The notes under the pieces were generated by a model. It made no database searches. It saw nothing but the letters and a program-made list of their open reading frames with translations, and was not told where the DNA came from. Position numbers and translations under genes: made by a program. This document shows positions 47,201-57,216 of a stretch of DNA of 64,000 bases, piece after piece; the stretch's first letter is position 1, and the number at the start of each line of letters is the position of its first letter. The stretch comes from Flectonema sp. DT1601 (lineage: Eukaryota), in the NCBI GenBank assembly GCA_964019425.1, contig OZ025793.1:1178001-1242000 (forward strand). The letters are read 5' to 3'.

Positions 47201-50200
47201 AGAGATCTCGTAGCTGATGTATCAGGCAAGGCGAAGGGTCAGGCAGGTGTGAAGAAGGTCATTCAACAAGTGAAGGAGATTTGGGATCAGACAGAGTTTT
47301 TAACAAAATTACACAGAGATTCTAAAGACGTATATATACTGGGTGACTTAACTGAGGTATTGGAACGTCTTGAAGAACATCAACTGACAGTTCAAACACA
47401 ACAAGCGTCAAGGTATGCCTCTGGTGATGACATCAGTGCGAGAAGTATTAGAAAACTAGTCGACGAATGGGATCAAAACCTCTCAACTGTTTCTGACGTA
47501 TTAGACGAATGGGTCCAACTACAGAAGTCGTGGATGTATTTAGAATTCATCTTCTCAAGTGATGACATTAAAAAACAACTCCACGAAGAATCAAAACTCT
47601 TCGCTCAAGTTGACCGCGACTACAAGGATTTAATGACCAAATGCAGAACAAGACGAAATGTTATAGCAGTCTGCTGTGATCCAGGTCAGTTAGAAGTTTT
47701 AAAAGAAGACAATCGTATCCTCGATGAGGTCCAAAAACGACTAGAAGACTACTTAGAAACAAAGAGACAACTATTCCCTCGATTCTATTTCTTATCAAAC
47801 GATGAGCTTCTTGAGATCCTTTCTGACGTACGTAACCCTCATAAGGTACAGCCTCATTTACACAAGTGCTTTGATAACATGAAAAAGATTATTTTCAACA
47901 ACGAAGACGCAACCGAAGTATCAGCAATGGCGTCAAACGAAGGAGAAGAAGTTAAATTTAATGAAATTGTTGAGACCAGAGGTAATGTTGAATCATGGCT
48001 GGGAAAAATAGAATCAACAATGAAAGACTCCCTTCTAATGCATATGACAATGTGTCACCAAGGATACTTTAAATGGCAAAGGAGTGAATGGTATTTTCAA
48101 TTCCCAGCTCAATGTGTTCTTTGTGTTGATATGATTATGTGGACTGTTGAAACCGCAGATGCCATCACAAAACAAGATGAAGATCCAACAACACTTTCAA
48201 CATATGTATCTACGTACACATCACAGATTCATGATACTGTTGAAGTTGTTAAACAAGATTTAGACAAATTAAAAAGAATGATCGTAAACACTATCATCGT
48301 GATGGATGTTCATAACAGAGATATGATAAAACATTTAATATCAGAAAAGGTTACAAAGGTAAGTGACTTCGCATGGTCTATGCAGCTTCGATACTACTGG
48401 ACGAATCAAAATGTTTCTATTTGGCATTGTACGGCACAATTCCCATATGGATATGAATACTTAGGTAATCAAATGAGGTTGGTAATTACTCCTCTGACCG
48501 ACAGGGCGTTCTTAACATGCACTGGAGCTCTGGCTATGAATCTTGGTGCAGCTCCTCAAGGTCCTGCTGGAACTGGAAAAACAGAAAGTGTTAAAGATTT
48601 AGGAAAAGGATTAGCACGTCAGGTTGTCGTATTTAACTGTTCTGACGGTATTAATGTATCTACGATGGCTCAGTTTTTCTCTGGATTAGCTCAAGCAGGT
48701 GCCTGGGCATGTTTCGATGAATTTAATAGAATTGATCTGGAAGTCCTCTCTGTTGTAGCAATGCAAATGTTAACTATCACAACAAACTTAGCTCAGAGAA
48801 ATGACACTTGTGAGTTCGATGGACATCAAATAAAACTGAATGCTGACTTTGGAGTTTACATAACAATGAATCCAGGATACGCTGGTAGAACAGAACTACC
48901 TGATAATCTTAAAACTTTATTCAGACCAATCTGTATGATGATTCCCGACTATCGTTTAATTGCTCAGATTATGTTTTATTCTGAAGGGTTTTCAGAAGCT
49001 GAATCACTCGCTCAAAAGATGGTCCAGTTGTACAAATTATCATCTGAACAGCTCAGTAAACAATATCACTACGATTTTGGTATGCGAGCCGTGAAGTCAA
49101 TTTTAGTAATGGCAGGTCAGTTAAAAAGAGGTTCTCCTGATGAAGATGAAGAAATGCTACTGATAAGAGCAATGCGTGATTCAAATATTCCTAAATTCCT
49201 ACAAGATGACACTGTACTATTCCAAGCATTGATAAGAGACTTGTTTCCAGCTGTGGAGTTGGAAGAAGTTCCAAATGAGACCCTTGAAGACTTCATCCGA
49301 GCAGACTTTACTAATAATGGTCTTCAGATTGTTGATACTTTTATAACAAAAGTAGTTCAAATATACAACACAATGGTTGTACGTCATGGTATGATGACTG
49401 TTGGTCTTACTCACACTGGGAAAACTGCTGCTCTTGAAACACTTAAGAGATCACTGACTAGTATGTTTAAAGAAGGTCACAAACCAATGGAATCAAATAA
49501 CTTCTTATTCAACAACGTTCATACTCATTGGGTAAACCCAAAGAGTATCACCAGTGAAGAACTATACGGTGAGGTTAACTCTGTTACCAGAGAATGGTCT
49601 GATGGTGTTTTGTCGTATTTAGCTAAACTCGTAGCAAAAGAAGGAAATGATGACAACCCAGATAGAAATTGGTTAGTTTTCGACGGACCAGTTGACGCAG
49701 TTTGGATTGAGAATTTAAACACCGTACTCGACGACAACAGAATGCTTTGTCTTGTTTCAGGAGAACGTGTTAAGATTCCTCGACAAGTAATATTTGTGTT
49801 TGAAGTTCAAGACTTAGCAGTTGCCTCACCAGCAACAGTATCTAGATGTGGTATGGTTTATATGGAAGCTTCATACTTAGAGAATGATGGCTGGTCACCA
49901 ATTGCGAGATCTCTCAATGAGAAGTTACAAAAGCAACACGGAGAACGTTGGCTTGGTGATCGAGTCACAACTTTAATAAATATGACTATAGCAAAGAGTT
50001 TACATATCCTTCGTAAGAATGGTAAAGAATGGATTGCATCAGTTGATCAACAACTAGTCATTTCATTACTTCATTTACTAGAAGCGTATATCGTAAACCA
50101 CGATAATGATGATGATGAAGCACCAGAACCAATAAAAGAACCAACTGCCGTAGACGATGATGATGCTGAACCTCAACCTGTTGACGAAGAACAACCCGAA

Positions 50201-53200
50201 ACTAATGATAACGCTGACAACCCGTACGCTTCAAAAAGAGAAGTAACACAATCAGTTGACACTACTACTTCTGAATACCAATCAAAGATATTTGATATGT
50301 ACTTCGTAATGGCAATGATTTGGTCAATTGGAGGCAATGTATCTGATTCAAGTAGAGAAGTGTTCTCATCAAGTATCAGACCTATTATTGAAAGTGTTTG
50401 TGACTTCTTTCCAAAGGAAGAATCGATTTACAGTTATTGTGTTCATAAGAAGTCAGCAACATTTGTTCCGTGGGAACATAAGGTCCCAAACTTTAATTAC
50501 AAAAGAGATGCTTCATTTTTTGAACTATTCGTTCCAACCTCGGAGACTATCTGCGTAAAGTCAATTCAACTCCTTCTGACATCAGTTGGTCGACACGTTC
50601 TTCTTAACGGAGTGACTGGGGTTGGTAAGAGTGCTGTAACAACTGACTTAATCTTCAACGATCTTAAAGCCGACGATCCTAACGCCCAATGGACCTTTTT
50701 TGCCTGCGTTTTATCAGCGCAAACCAGCAGTAAAAACATCCAAGAAAGAATGGAGTCGAAACTCGCAAAGAAACGTAACAACTGGTTTGGGGCACCGCCT
50801 GGTAAGAGATTGTTGTTTTTTGTCGATGATATTAATATGCCGAAACTTGAAATCTACGGAGCAAGTCCTCCAATTGAACTCTTACGACAGGTAATTAGTC
50901 ATGGTGGATTTTATGATAGGAAAAAGGTTTCGAATTTCAAACACGTCGAAGATTTGAATATTATTGCGGCGTGTGGTCCTCCAGGTGGTGGTAAAAACGC
51001 GATGACTCAACGATTTACATCTCAACTTCATATGTTGTGTACGCCTTCACTACCAGCGTTTAGTATGAAAAAGATCTTCTTTTCAATACTGAGAGGATTC
51101 TTATCAATATTTGACACTGACATCCGATCACTATGTGCTCCTATCGTTGATGCAACTCTTGAATGCTATGAAAGAATAGCAAAGGAAATGCGTCCAACTC
51201 CAACAAAGTCTCACTACACATTTAATCTTAGAGACTTAGCTAAAGTTATTCAAGGGATACTACAGGTCCATAGAGGTGCTTTGGAAGACAGAAGTACCTT
51301 ACTAAGACTTTGGACACACGAAGCAAGTCGAATATTCCATGACAGACTTGTTAACGATCACGATAAGTCTTGGTGGTGGAGACTTGTTGAAGAACTATTC
51401 CGTAAGAAGTTTAAAGAACCATGGAACACTGATCACAAAGTCGTTCTATTCGGAGACTACATGAAAAGAGATGATAAACACTACGAAGAAATAACAGACA
51501 TTCAAAAGTTTCACGACATTGTAGCGGATGACTATCAAGTTGATTATAATATTCAAGAATCGAGTGAGAAAGAATTAGTTTTCTTTAAAGATGCTCTTCA
51601 TCATCTCTCAAGGGTTTGTAGAATAATAAGACAGCCAAGAGGAAATGCACTCCTAGTTGGTGTTGGTGGATCTGGAAGGCAATCATTAGCAAGCCTTGCA
51701 GCCTTTATGTGTAATATGAAAAAATTTCAAATATCCATCACCAGAGCGTATGGAATTAACGAGTTTCATGAGGACCTTAGAAAGATAATGTTGGACAGTG
51801 GCTGTGATAATCAACAATCTGTTTTCTTAATAAGTGATAGTCAGATTATTCACGAACAGATGCTTGAAGACATTAATAACATCCTAAATACTGGTGAGGT
51901 TCCTAATCTTTTTGAAACTGAAGATATCGACAGAATTCTAACCAGCTGCCGAAAGTACGTCAAAGCTGCTGGAAAACTTGAGACTCGAAATGTAATTATC
52001 GCTCACTTCACATCACTCGTCAGAGAGAATCTTAAAATCGTATTTACAATGTCTCCAATTGGAGATGCTTTCAGAAACAGACTTCGTATGTTCCCATCAC
52101 TTGTGAACTGTATGACTATTGATTGGTATACAAAGTGGCCAAAGGACGCTTTATTGTCAGTTGCAGAAAAAGCATTCGCAAAGCAAGACCTTGGAGGGGA
52201 TGAAGTTAAAGACGCAATTTGTAACATGTGCGTCACCATCCACAGAGACGTTGCTGAGACAAGTGAAGAGTTCTATGAAGCTCTGAGAAGGAGGAATTAC
52301 ACAACTCCAACTTCATACTTAGCGCTAATCGAATCGTATAAAACGATGTTAATGCAGCAGACTAAACAAGTTTCAGATGCCACAATGAGGTATCAAGGTG
52401 GTTTAGACAAGTTAACCAACACAAACAAAGAAGTAGATGAAATGAAAGAATTACTTACAAAGAAACAACCAGAGTTAGTAACTGCTCAAAAACAAACTGA
52501 CGCTATGATGGTTCAAATTGAAGTAGAGCAGAAGGACGCTGATGTGATTAGAGATGAATGTCAGAAGGAAGAAGCAGACACTAGTGTCAAAGCAGCTGAA
52601 GCTCAAGGTATCTCTGATGAATGTCAAGAAGAAGTAAACAAAGCAATGCCTGCTTATCATGGAGCTGTTGCTGCGCTTGATTCTCTTTCAAAGGATGACA
52701 TCACTCTCTTAAAGACAATGACTTCCCCTCCAGAACGTGTTAAGCTCGTCTTAGAAGCAGTTCTTCTGTTACTCGGAGAAAAGAATCTCGCCTGGGAATC
52801 AGCTAAGAAGTACCTCAGTCACATGGGATTCATGAAAACTCTCAAAGACTTGGATTCAGAATCCCTGTCTGAAGGTGTTATTAAAAAGATGAATCGTAAC
52901 TACATGTCTAATCCAGAATTTGAACCAGATAAGGTCAAATCATCTTCACTCGCAGCGATGTCTCTCTGCATGTGGGCGCGTGCTGTTGTTAACTTCAATC
53001 AAGTTACTAAGAATATGGCTCCTCTGAAAGCCAGACTTGCTGTAGCACAACAACAACTTCAGGAAGCTCAAGACAAACTCAAAGGAGCGCGAGAGAAGTT
53101 GTCAGAAGTAGAGAACAAGGTTGCTCGTCTCCGTGCTAACATGCAAGCAGCAGTAGACAAGAAGAAGATGTTAGAAGATGACATCGCTGTTACAGAAGCT

Positions 53201-56200
53201 CGTTTAGTTAGAGCTGACAAGTTGATAAGTGGATTGTCTTCAGAACAGATTCGATGGGAACAGGCACTCGAACATCTAAAGATAGAAAGAGTTGGATTAG
53301 TAGGAACGATGTTATTAGCTGCTGGTAGTGTTGCTTACACTGGTCCATTTACTTCTGAATTCCGAACAAAGTTACTAAAGAAGTGGTCTGACACGATGGC
53401 TGAGATGAAGATTCCTGTCGAAGAAGGCTTCAGATTTGACAGCATCGCTGATCCTGTAAAGGTCCGTCATTGGGGAATCAAGGGACTTCCGATGGATACA
53501 TTTTCAATTGAAAACGCTACCATCGCTGAACGTTCCCAACGATGGTGCCTCTGCATAGATCCTCAGGGACAAGCAAACAATTGGATTAAAGCAATGGAGA
53601 GAGACAATGGTCTAATGGTACTGAAGCAGTCTGAGGCAAAGTTTATGCAAAAAATGGAAAACTGTATCCGTGTTGGTATTCCTGTTCTCTTAGAATCAAT
53701 AGGAGATGAGCTTGACGCATCCTTAGACCCGATCCTGTTGAAGCAAACAGTTAAAAGAGCTGGTAGATTATTTATTAAATTAGGAGATCAAGACGTTGAG
53801 TACGAACCAAACTTCCGATTCTACATGACGACAAAAATGCCAAATCCCCACTACATGCCTGAGTTACAGATTAAGGTTACCATCATAAACTTCACAGTCA
53901 CACAAAAGGGTCTCGAAGACCAACTGTTGGCTGACGTTGTTAGATGTGAAAAAGCTGAACTCGAAGAACAATTAGATAAGGTAGTAGTTCAGATTAGCGA
54001 TGGTAAGACTCAGCTAAAAGATATCGAAGACAGGATCTTACAACAGTTAGCTGACGCTACTGGTAATATTCTAGACAATGAAAAACTTATCAACGCATTA
54101 GGAGACAGTAAAATTACATCAGAAGCAATCACTGTTGATGTTGAGAAGGGTGAAAGAGCTAAAACAGAAATCGCTGCAACTCGTGAACGGTATCGAGGAG
54201 TTGCAACAAGAGGTTCATTGCTCTACACGGTCATTGCGGAGATTGGTGGAATGCAACATATGTATCAATACTCGTTAGACTTCTTTAAGAAACAATTTCA
54301 ATCAACTCTTCACCGCACTGAACGAACAGACGACATCGACCAACGAGTAGCCATTCTAATACCAGCAGTCACTATGGATACTTACAACACAGTTTGCAGA
54401 GGATTGTTTGAAAAAGACAAACAACTATTTGCATTTCTGATGGTAGCTCAAATCTTCAGAGCCTCAGGTGACATATCACAAGATGAATGGTTGTTTATGT
54501 TACGAGGTAGTAGTGGTATTCGACCACAACAACCTGTTGATAAACCATCATGTGTTCCAACTGATATTATTTGGAATGAGATACAAGTTCTTGGAGAACA
54601 ATCTGTTTTTAGTGGTCTCGTTAAAAACTTCAGCGACCACACTGCAGACTGGAAGGCCTGGACTGTTGCTGACGAACCTCACCTCCTCCCAGTACCTTAT
54701 GCACAGGAGCAGAAATTAACACCAATGCAGGGACTATTAATATTAAAATGTTTAAGAGAAGACAAAGTAATGTATGGTCTTACCCAAGTAATTGGTGAAT
54801 ACCTCGGTAAAGTCTTTACTGAGAGTCCTCAATTTGATTTGCAAGCATCGTTTTCAGACAGCAGTAACATCACTCCAGTTGTACTCGTGTTGACTGAAGG
54901 AACAGATCCGACGACAGTATTTTATGAATTCGCAGCTCAGAAAGGTTGGGGTGATCGACTTCTTGTCAGATCTCTTGGACAAGACCAAGGAGATATTGCA
55001 CAACAATATATTCAAGATGGTATGCGTACAGGTGATTGGGTTTATCTACAAAACTGTCACGTCTACACTAGTTGGATGCCAACACTTGAGAAGCTTTGTG
55101 AAGAACTCCTCATCAAAGAAGTACATCCAGACTTTAGATTATGGCTGACCAGTAGACCTGATAAGTCTTTCCCTGTATCAATATTACAATCTGGTATTAA
55201 AATTACAAAAGAACCACCTCAAGGATTAAAAGCAAACTTGAGAGACTCTTTCAGTGGAGTCATCTCTGAAGACATGTGGACCAATCCACAACAAAAGAAT
55301 CTTCCTGAATGGAGAAAACTGTTATTCGCATTGACATTCTTTCACGGAATTATCCAAGAGCGTAGGAAGTATGGAGCACTTGGTTGGAATATAAGATACG
55401 CGTGGAATCAATCTGACTTAGATGCGAGTGTAATTACTATAAAGACTTACTTAGAAGAGTGTGAACCAGATGATGTTCCTTTTGAAGCATTAACATACCT
55501 GACTGGTGTTATAAATTATGGTGGTCGGGTAACAGATTTTCTAGACACTAGATGCCTCAGGTATACTCTTGCGAGATTTCTTACTCCGGAAGTAGTAAAA
55601 CAAGATTCGGTGTTCAACATAACGACTGATGGAATCTATCACATCCCCGCTGATATTGAAAGTCTTGATGGATGTAGACAGTACTTAGCAGACCTTCCTC
55701 CTTATGAGAAACCTGAAGTCTTTGGTCTACATGGAAATGCTGACATCACTAGAGAAAAGTTAGAATCAAAGCGTATGATTGACACCCTTGTCGACGTTCA
55801 ACCAAAAGCTGGTGCTGGTGGAAAAGGAAAATCAGCTGATGATTTAGTCAATGACATAGCTCAAGATTTTATCGACAGACTCCCACAAACAATTGATAAA
55901 TCAACAGCTCATGAAGATACCTATAAGATTACTGAGACTGGTGATATGGTGTCTCTTGGAACTTTTCTAATTCAGGAAATTGATGTTTTCAATAATCTGA
56001 TTGAAGTTATAAAATCATCTCTAGTCGGACTCAAAGCAGCAGTAAAAGGAGAAGTCGTAATGAGCTCACTGTTGGAAAAGATGTTTAACGATTTCTTAAT
56101 AAATCGTGTTCCTGAGAATTGGGGAGGTATGAAGCTGTCGTATTTGTCTAAAAAACCATTAGCAAGCTGGTACGTTGATACTTGTAACAGGGTTCAATTT

Positions 56201-56713
56201 TTAAGGGAATGGAATGATAGTGGGCCACCGTTTTCTTATTGGGTTCCTGGATTTTATTTTCCGCAAGGATTCTTAACGGCGGTGTTGCAAACTCACAGCA
56301 GGAGATTTAAAATTCCAATCGATGAACTGACGTTTAGAACTCACACTACCCAATGGATAGACGCGGATGATATAACAGAAGACCCACCTGTTGGTGTTTA
56401 CACTCATGGATTTTACCTTGAAGGATGTCGTTGGAATACAGAAGAAAAAACCCTTGATGAAAGTATTAAGGGTGAAATGTATACACAATTTCCTATTGTT
56501 TGGCTTGAACCCATCACTGCTTCAGAATCAACCCTCGATACGTCCTCAATATATGAGATTCCCTTGTATAAAACTACTACTAGAGCTGGTACTCTTTCAA
56601 CAACGGGATTATCAACAAATCTTGTAACGACACTTCATCTTCCAAGTGTAGTAAAGCCACCTGAACACTGGATTATGAGATCTGTTGCGTTGGTTTGCAT
56701 GCTTGATGATTAG
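44288..56713 (+). CDS. DNAH6: Axonemal inner-arm dynein heavy chain, DNAH6-type (~4141 aa, intronless CDS)
   Basis: FPRFYFLSNDELLEILS; P-loops GPAGTGKT, GLTHTGKT, GVTGVGKS and GVGGSGRQ; HYDFGMRAVKSILVMAG; C-terminal RAGTLSTTGLSTN. The ATG at 44288 follows AG acceptors. The DNAH6 subtype is from recalled similarity. Confidence 0.93.
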   Translation: MEGDGTSKKQLLEKRLKERQHFTSCSIGTSMVRGRVNQEKKNVKVPFRDPATDPINTPLYHFQVQEIFEHDVPNMTAPSVATTAKTPISDIPMERRVRSIQKEGYSGAPTTMTYTDPDEVLMNSIQFAASRRPKSESQVVVAPDDVQEIMQLKTAEDVIAFFSKAGNSSTVKFVYLNRAQQGLLFRPYDLEVVMRGRQEPEHFCISASGCVHIKPDHPSEVVSLAEWMRECTLFNVLTRIHFFKNYLVGKSFTQWRRNVRFRLYCQTRRRLCKNFFLSKQTFASTLSELHKCSYELSTIPLVYYPEIKETYTHDKFKEEQATLCRTPAELEFRSSMDKMEHKLLKLCENVTQRANVPDLTTQESLEQYLLANATASGKEKGKGGKRMKSMVDAQAEQQERMRMLKRAMVEHSMLDSFIRLADYIAAENLFKNALCAFHKFYQVLSLPEAEKIIMFQITITFQGEEDLVFVPSEKEILDTYAAVMDEIIHLVGQVTRLIYIRDVKIHFASPPKTFSVGSAIRHDFRYNLLKKRTCQLITTDFAAAFEQAKLYESYRKWFIFVDVEWKEVEARWEAEPDELTPEEFERYIHDPKQSSAKDHKEPTQTNKPMGKVKQALGDLDALFNRPQGILLVNSNKLRTTLQEKLDDIMGKVRKKLLEVARKRTTELVADIQNKMRQLLARPTTLQAFAAFVQSLNEIRDESQTVMARCDDIQRLYEIADINGIKPTLDEQGRKDLLIGGPNSQVHTTPLRDQFVEYIQQAGDFKINNLKVMSANLENYIDIANEELLATMAILDHGDYVSSHAETRDVLAQLAGVDDTIKTIEQKVKMYTDYQKLFDTTPSEWTNLAAIKETYQKRFDLWSTYDKFMEQRHVWESEEIKDVDDQQLKEQIEDFFRKAHKLHKEVGDEVSDLLLESVTEERKNLPVMIDLCNKDMQFEHWEEIFKGMGKAYGPEKDHFTLSSLRAYKVFEHRDLVADVSGKAKGQAGVKKVIQQVKEIWDQTEFLTKLHRDSKDVYILGDLTEVLERLEEHQLTVQTQQASRYASGDDISARSIRKLVDEWDQNLSTVSDVLDEWVQLQKSWMYLEFIFSSDDIKKQLHEESKLFAQVDRDYKDLMTKCRTRRNVIAVCCDPGQLEVLKEDNRILDEVQKRLEDYLETKRQLFPRFYFLSNDELLEILSDVRNPHKVQPHLHKCFDNMKKIIFNNEDATEVSAMASNEGEEVKFNEIVETRGNVESWLGKIESTMKDSLLMHMTMCHQGYFKWQRSEWYFQFPAQCVLCVDMIMWTVETADAITKQDEDPTTLSTYVSTYTSQIHDTVEVVKQDLDKLKRMIVNTIIVMDVHNRDMIKHLISEKVTKVSDFAWSMQLRYYWTNQNVSIWHCTAQFPYGYEYLGNQMRLVITPLTDRAFLTCTGALAMNLGAAPQGPAGTGKTESVKDLGKGLARQVVVFNCSDGINVSTMAQFFSGLAQAGAWACFDEFNRIDLEVLSVVAMQMLTITTNLAQRNDTCEFDGHQIKLNADFGVYITMNPGYAGRTELPDNLKTLFRPICMMIPDYRLIAQIMFYSEGFSEAESLAQKMVQLYKLSSEQLSKQYHYDFGMRAVKSILVMAGQLKRGSPDEDEEMLLIRAMRDSNIPKFLQDDTVLFQALIRDLFPAVELEEVPNETLEDFIRADFTNNGLQIVDTFITKVVQIYNTMVVRHGMMTVGLTHTGKTAALETLKRSLTSMFKEGHKPMESNNFLFNNVHTHWVNPKSITSEELYGEVNSVTREWSDGVLSYLAKLVAKEGNDDNPDRNWLVFDGPVDAVWIENLNTVLDDNRMLCLVSGERVKIPRQVIFVFEVQDLAVASPATVSRCGMVYMEASYLENDGWSPIARSLNEKLQKQHGERWLGDRVTTLINMTIAKSLHILRKNGKEWIASVDQQLVISLLHLLEAYIVNHDNDDDEAPEPIKEPTAVDDDDAEPQPVDEEQPETNDNADNPYASKREVTQSVDTTTSEYQSKIFDMYFVMAMIWSIGGNVSDSSREVFSSSIRPIIESVCDFFPKEESIYSYCVHKKSATFVPWEHKVPNFNYKRDASFFELFVPTSETICVKSIQLLLTSVGRHVLLNGVTGVGKSAVTTDLIFNDLKADDPNAQWTFFACVLSAQTSSKNIQERMESKLAKKRNNWFGAPPGKRLLFFVDDINMPKLEIYGASPPIELLRQVISHGGFYDRKKVSNFKHVEDLNIIAACGPPGGGKNAMTQRFTSQLHMLCTPSLPAFSMKKIFFSILRGFLSIFDTDIRSLCAPIVDATLECYERIAKEMRPTPTKSHYTFNLRDLAKVIQGILQVHRGALEDRSTLLRLWTHEASRIFHDRLVNDHDKSWWWRLVEELFRKKFKEPWNTDHKVVLFGDYMKRDDKHYEEITDIQKFHDIVADDYQVDYNIQESSEKELVFFKDALHHLSRVCRIIRQPRGNALLVGVGGSGRQSLASLAAFMCNMKKFQISITRAYGINEFHEDLRKIMLDSGCDNQQSVFLISDSQIIHEQMLEDINNILNTGEVPNLFETEDIDRILTSCRKYVKAAGKLETRNVIIAHFTSLVRENLKIVFTMSPIGDAFRNRLRMFPSLVNCMTIDWYTKWPKDALLSVAEKAFAKQDLGGDEVKDAICNMCVTIHRDVAETSEEFYEALRRRNYTTPTSYLALIESYKTMLMQQTKQVSDATMRYQGGLDKLTNTNKEVDEMKELLTKKQPELVTAQKQTDAMMVQIEVEQKDADVIRDECQKEEADTSVKAAEAQGISDECQEEVNKAMPAYHGAVAALDSLSKDDITLLKTMTSPPERVKLVLEAVLLLLGEKNLAWESAKKYLSHMGFMKTLKDLDSESLSEGVIKKMNRNYMSNPEFEPDKVKSSSLAAMSLCMWARAVVNFNQVTKNMAPLKARLAVAQQQLQEAQDKLKGAREKLSEVENKVARLRANMQAAVDKKKMLEDDIAVTEARLVRADKLISGLSSEQIRWEQALEHLKIERVGLVGTMLLAAGSVAYTGPFTSEFRTKLLKKWSDTMAEMKIPVEEGFRFDSIADPVKVRHWGIKGLPMDTFSIENATIAERSQRWCLCIDPQGQANNWIKAMERDNGLMVLKQSEAKFMQKMENCIRVGIPVLLESIGDELDASLDPILLKQTVKRAGRLFIKLGDQDVEYEPNFRFYMTTKMPNPHYMPELQIKVTIINFTVTQKGLEDQLLADVVRCEKAELEEQLDKVVVQISDGKTQLKDIEDRILQQLADATGNILDNEKLINALGDSKITSEAITVDVEKGERAKTEIAATRERYRGVATRGSLLYTVIAEIGGMQHMYQYSLDFFKKQFQSTLHRTERTDDIDQRVAILIPAVTMDTYNTVCRGLFEKDKQLFAFLMVAQIFRASGDISQDEWLFMLRGSSGIRPQQPVDKPSCVPTDIIWNEIQVLGEQSVFSGLVKNFSDHTADWKAWTVADEPHLLPVPYAQEQKLTPMQGLLILKCLREDKVMYGLTQVIGEYLGKVFTESPQFDLQASFSDSSNITPVVLVLTEGTDPTTVFYEFAAQKGWGDRLLVRSLGQDQGDIAQQYIQDGMRTGDWVYLQNCHVYTSWMPTLEKLCEELLIKEVHPDFRLWLTSRPDKSFPVSILQSGIKITKEPPQGLKANLRDSFSGVISEDMWTNPQQKNLPEWRKLLFALTFFHGIIQERRKYGALGWNIRYAWNQSDLDASVITIKTYLEECEPDDVPFEALTYLTGVINYGGRVTDFLDTRCLRYTLARFLTPEVVKQDSVFNITTDGIYHIPADIESLDGCRQYLADLPPYEKPEVFGLHGNADITREKLESKRMIDTLVDVQPKAGAGGKGKSADDLVNDIAQDFIDRLPQTIDKSTAHEDTYKITETGDMVSLGTFLIQEIDVFNNLIEVIKSSLVGLKAAVKGEVVMSSLLEKMFNDFLINRVPENWGGMKLSYLSKKPLASWYVDTCNRVQFLREWNDSGPPFSYWVPGFYFPQGFLTAVLQTHSRRFKIPIDELTFRTHTTQWIDADDITEDPPVGVYTHGFYLEGCRWNTEEKTLDESIKGEMYTQFPIVWLEPITASESTLDTSSIYEIPLYKTTTRAGTLSTTGLSTNLVTTLHLPSVVKPPEHWIMRSVALVCMLDD

Positions 56714-57216
56714 ATGAGTTAGTGTAATTCTGTTGATTAATTAATCAGTATGTGTGAGTTGTTTTATTTGATTTAAAAATAATGATTACAATATGTTTTT
56801 TTTTTTTTTTTTTTTTTAAAAAACCCCCAAAACAGGTAAAACCATTCAAAAGCCCGACGTTGGAATGCCTTCTGGCAACACCAACACGAACCACTCTTTT
56901 AATCTTCCCTTTGATTTCCCTGTATCCACACTTTGTTAGTTACATACTCATTTTCTTCCCCAAAATTTCTGAATTCTGTTTTTTATAAAGTAATCTATCG
57001 GGGTAGTACATACCGTCATTTTCTACTATCTCTCTGAGAGAATAAGTAGGAGGAAAAAGAAAAAAAAAGGAAGAATTTTATTTTATTTTATTTTTTTATT
57101 TATTCTTTTTGTTCATAACACGGACAGGTAATGATGCCTTCAGTATTTGGTGCTGCTGGTGATTTCGATTTTTTTTTTAATTATTTTATTTACAGGTGGT
57201 GGGGTTGTTTGGCGAA

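Noticed and set aside
57121..57195. ACAG|GTAATG as a recursive-splicing ratchet point
   Set aside because: CAG|GT is ordinary donor or exon-start context. A normal UTR intron or trans-splice acceptor explains it.
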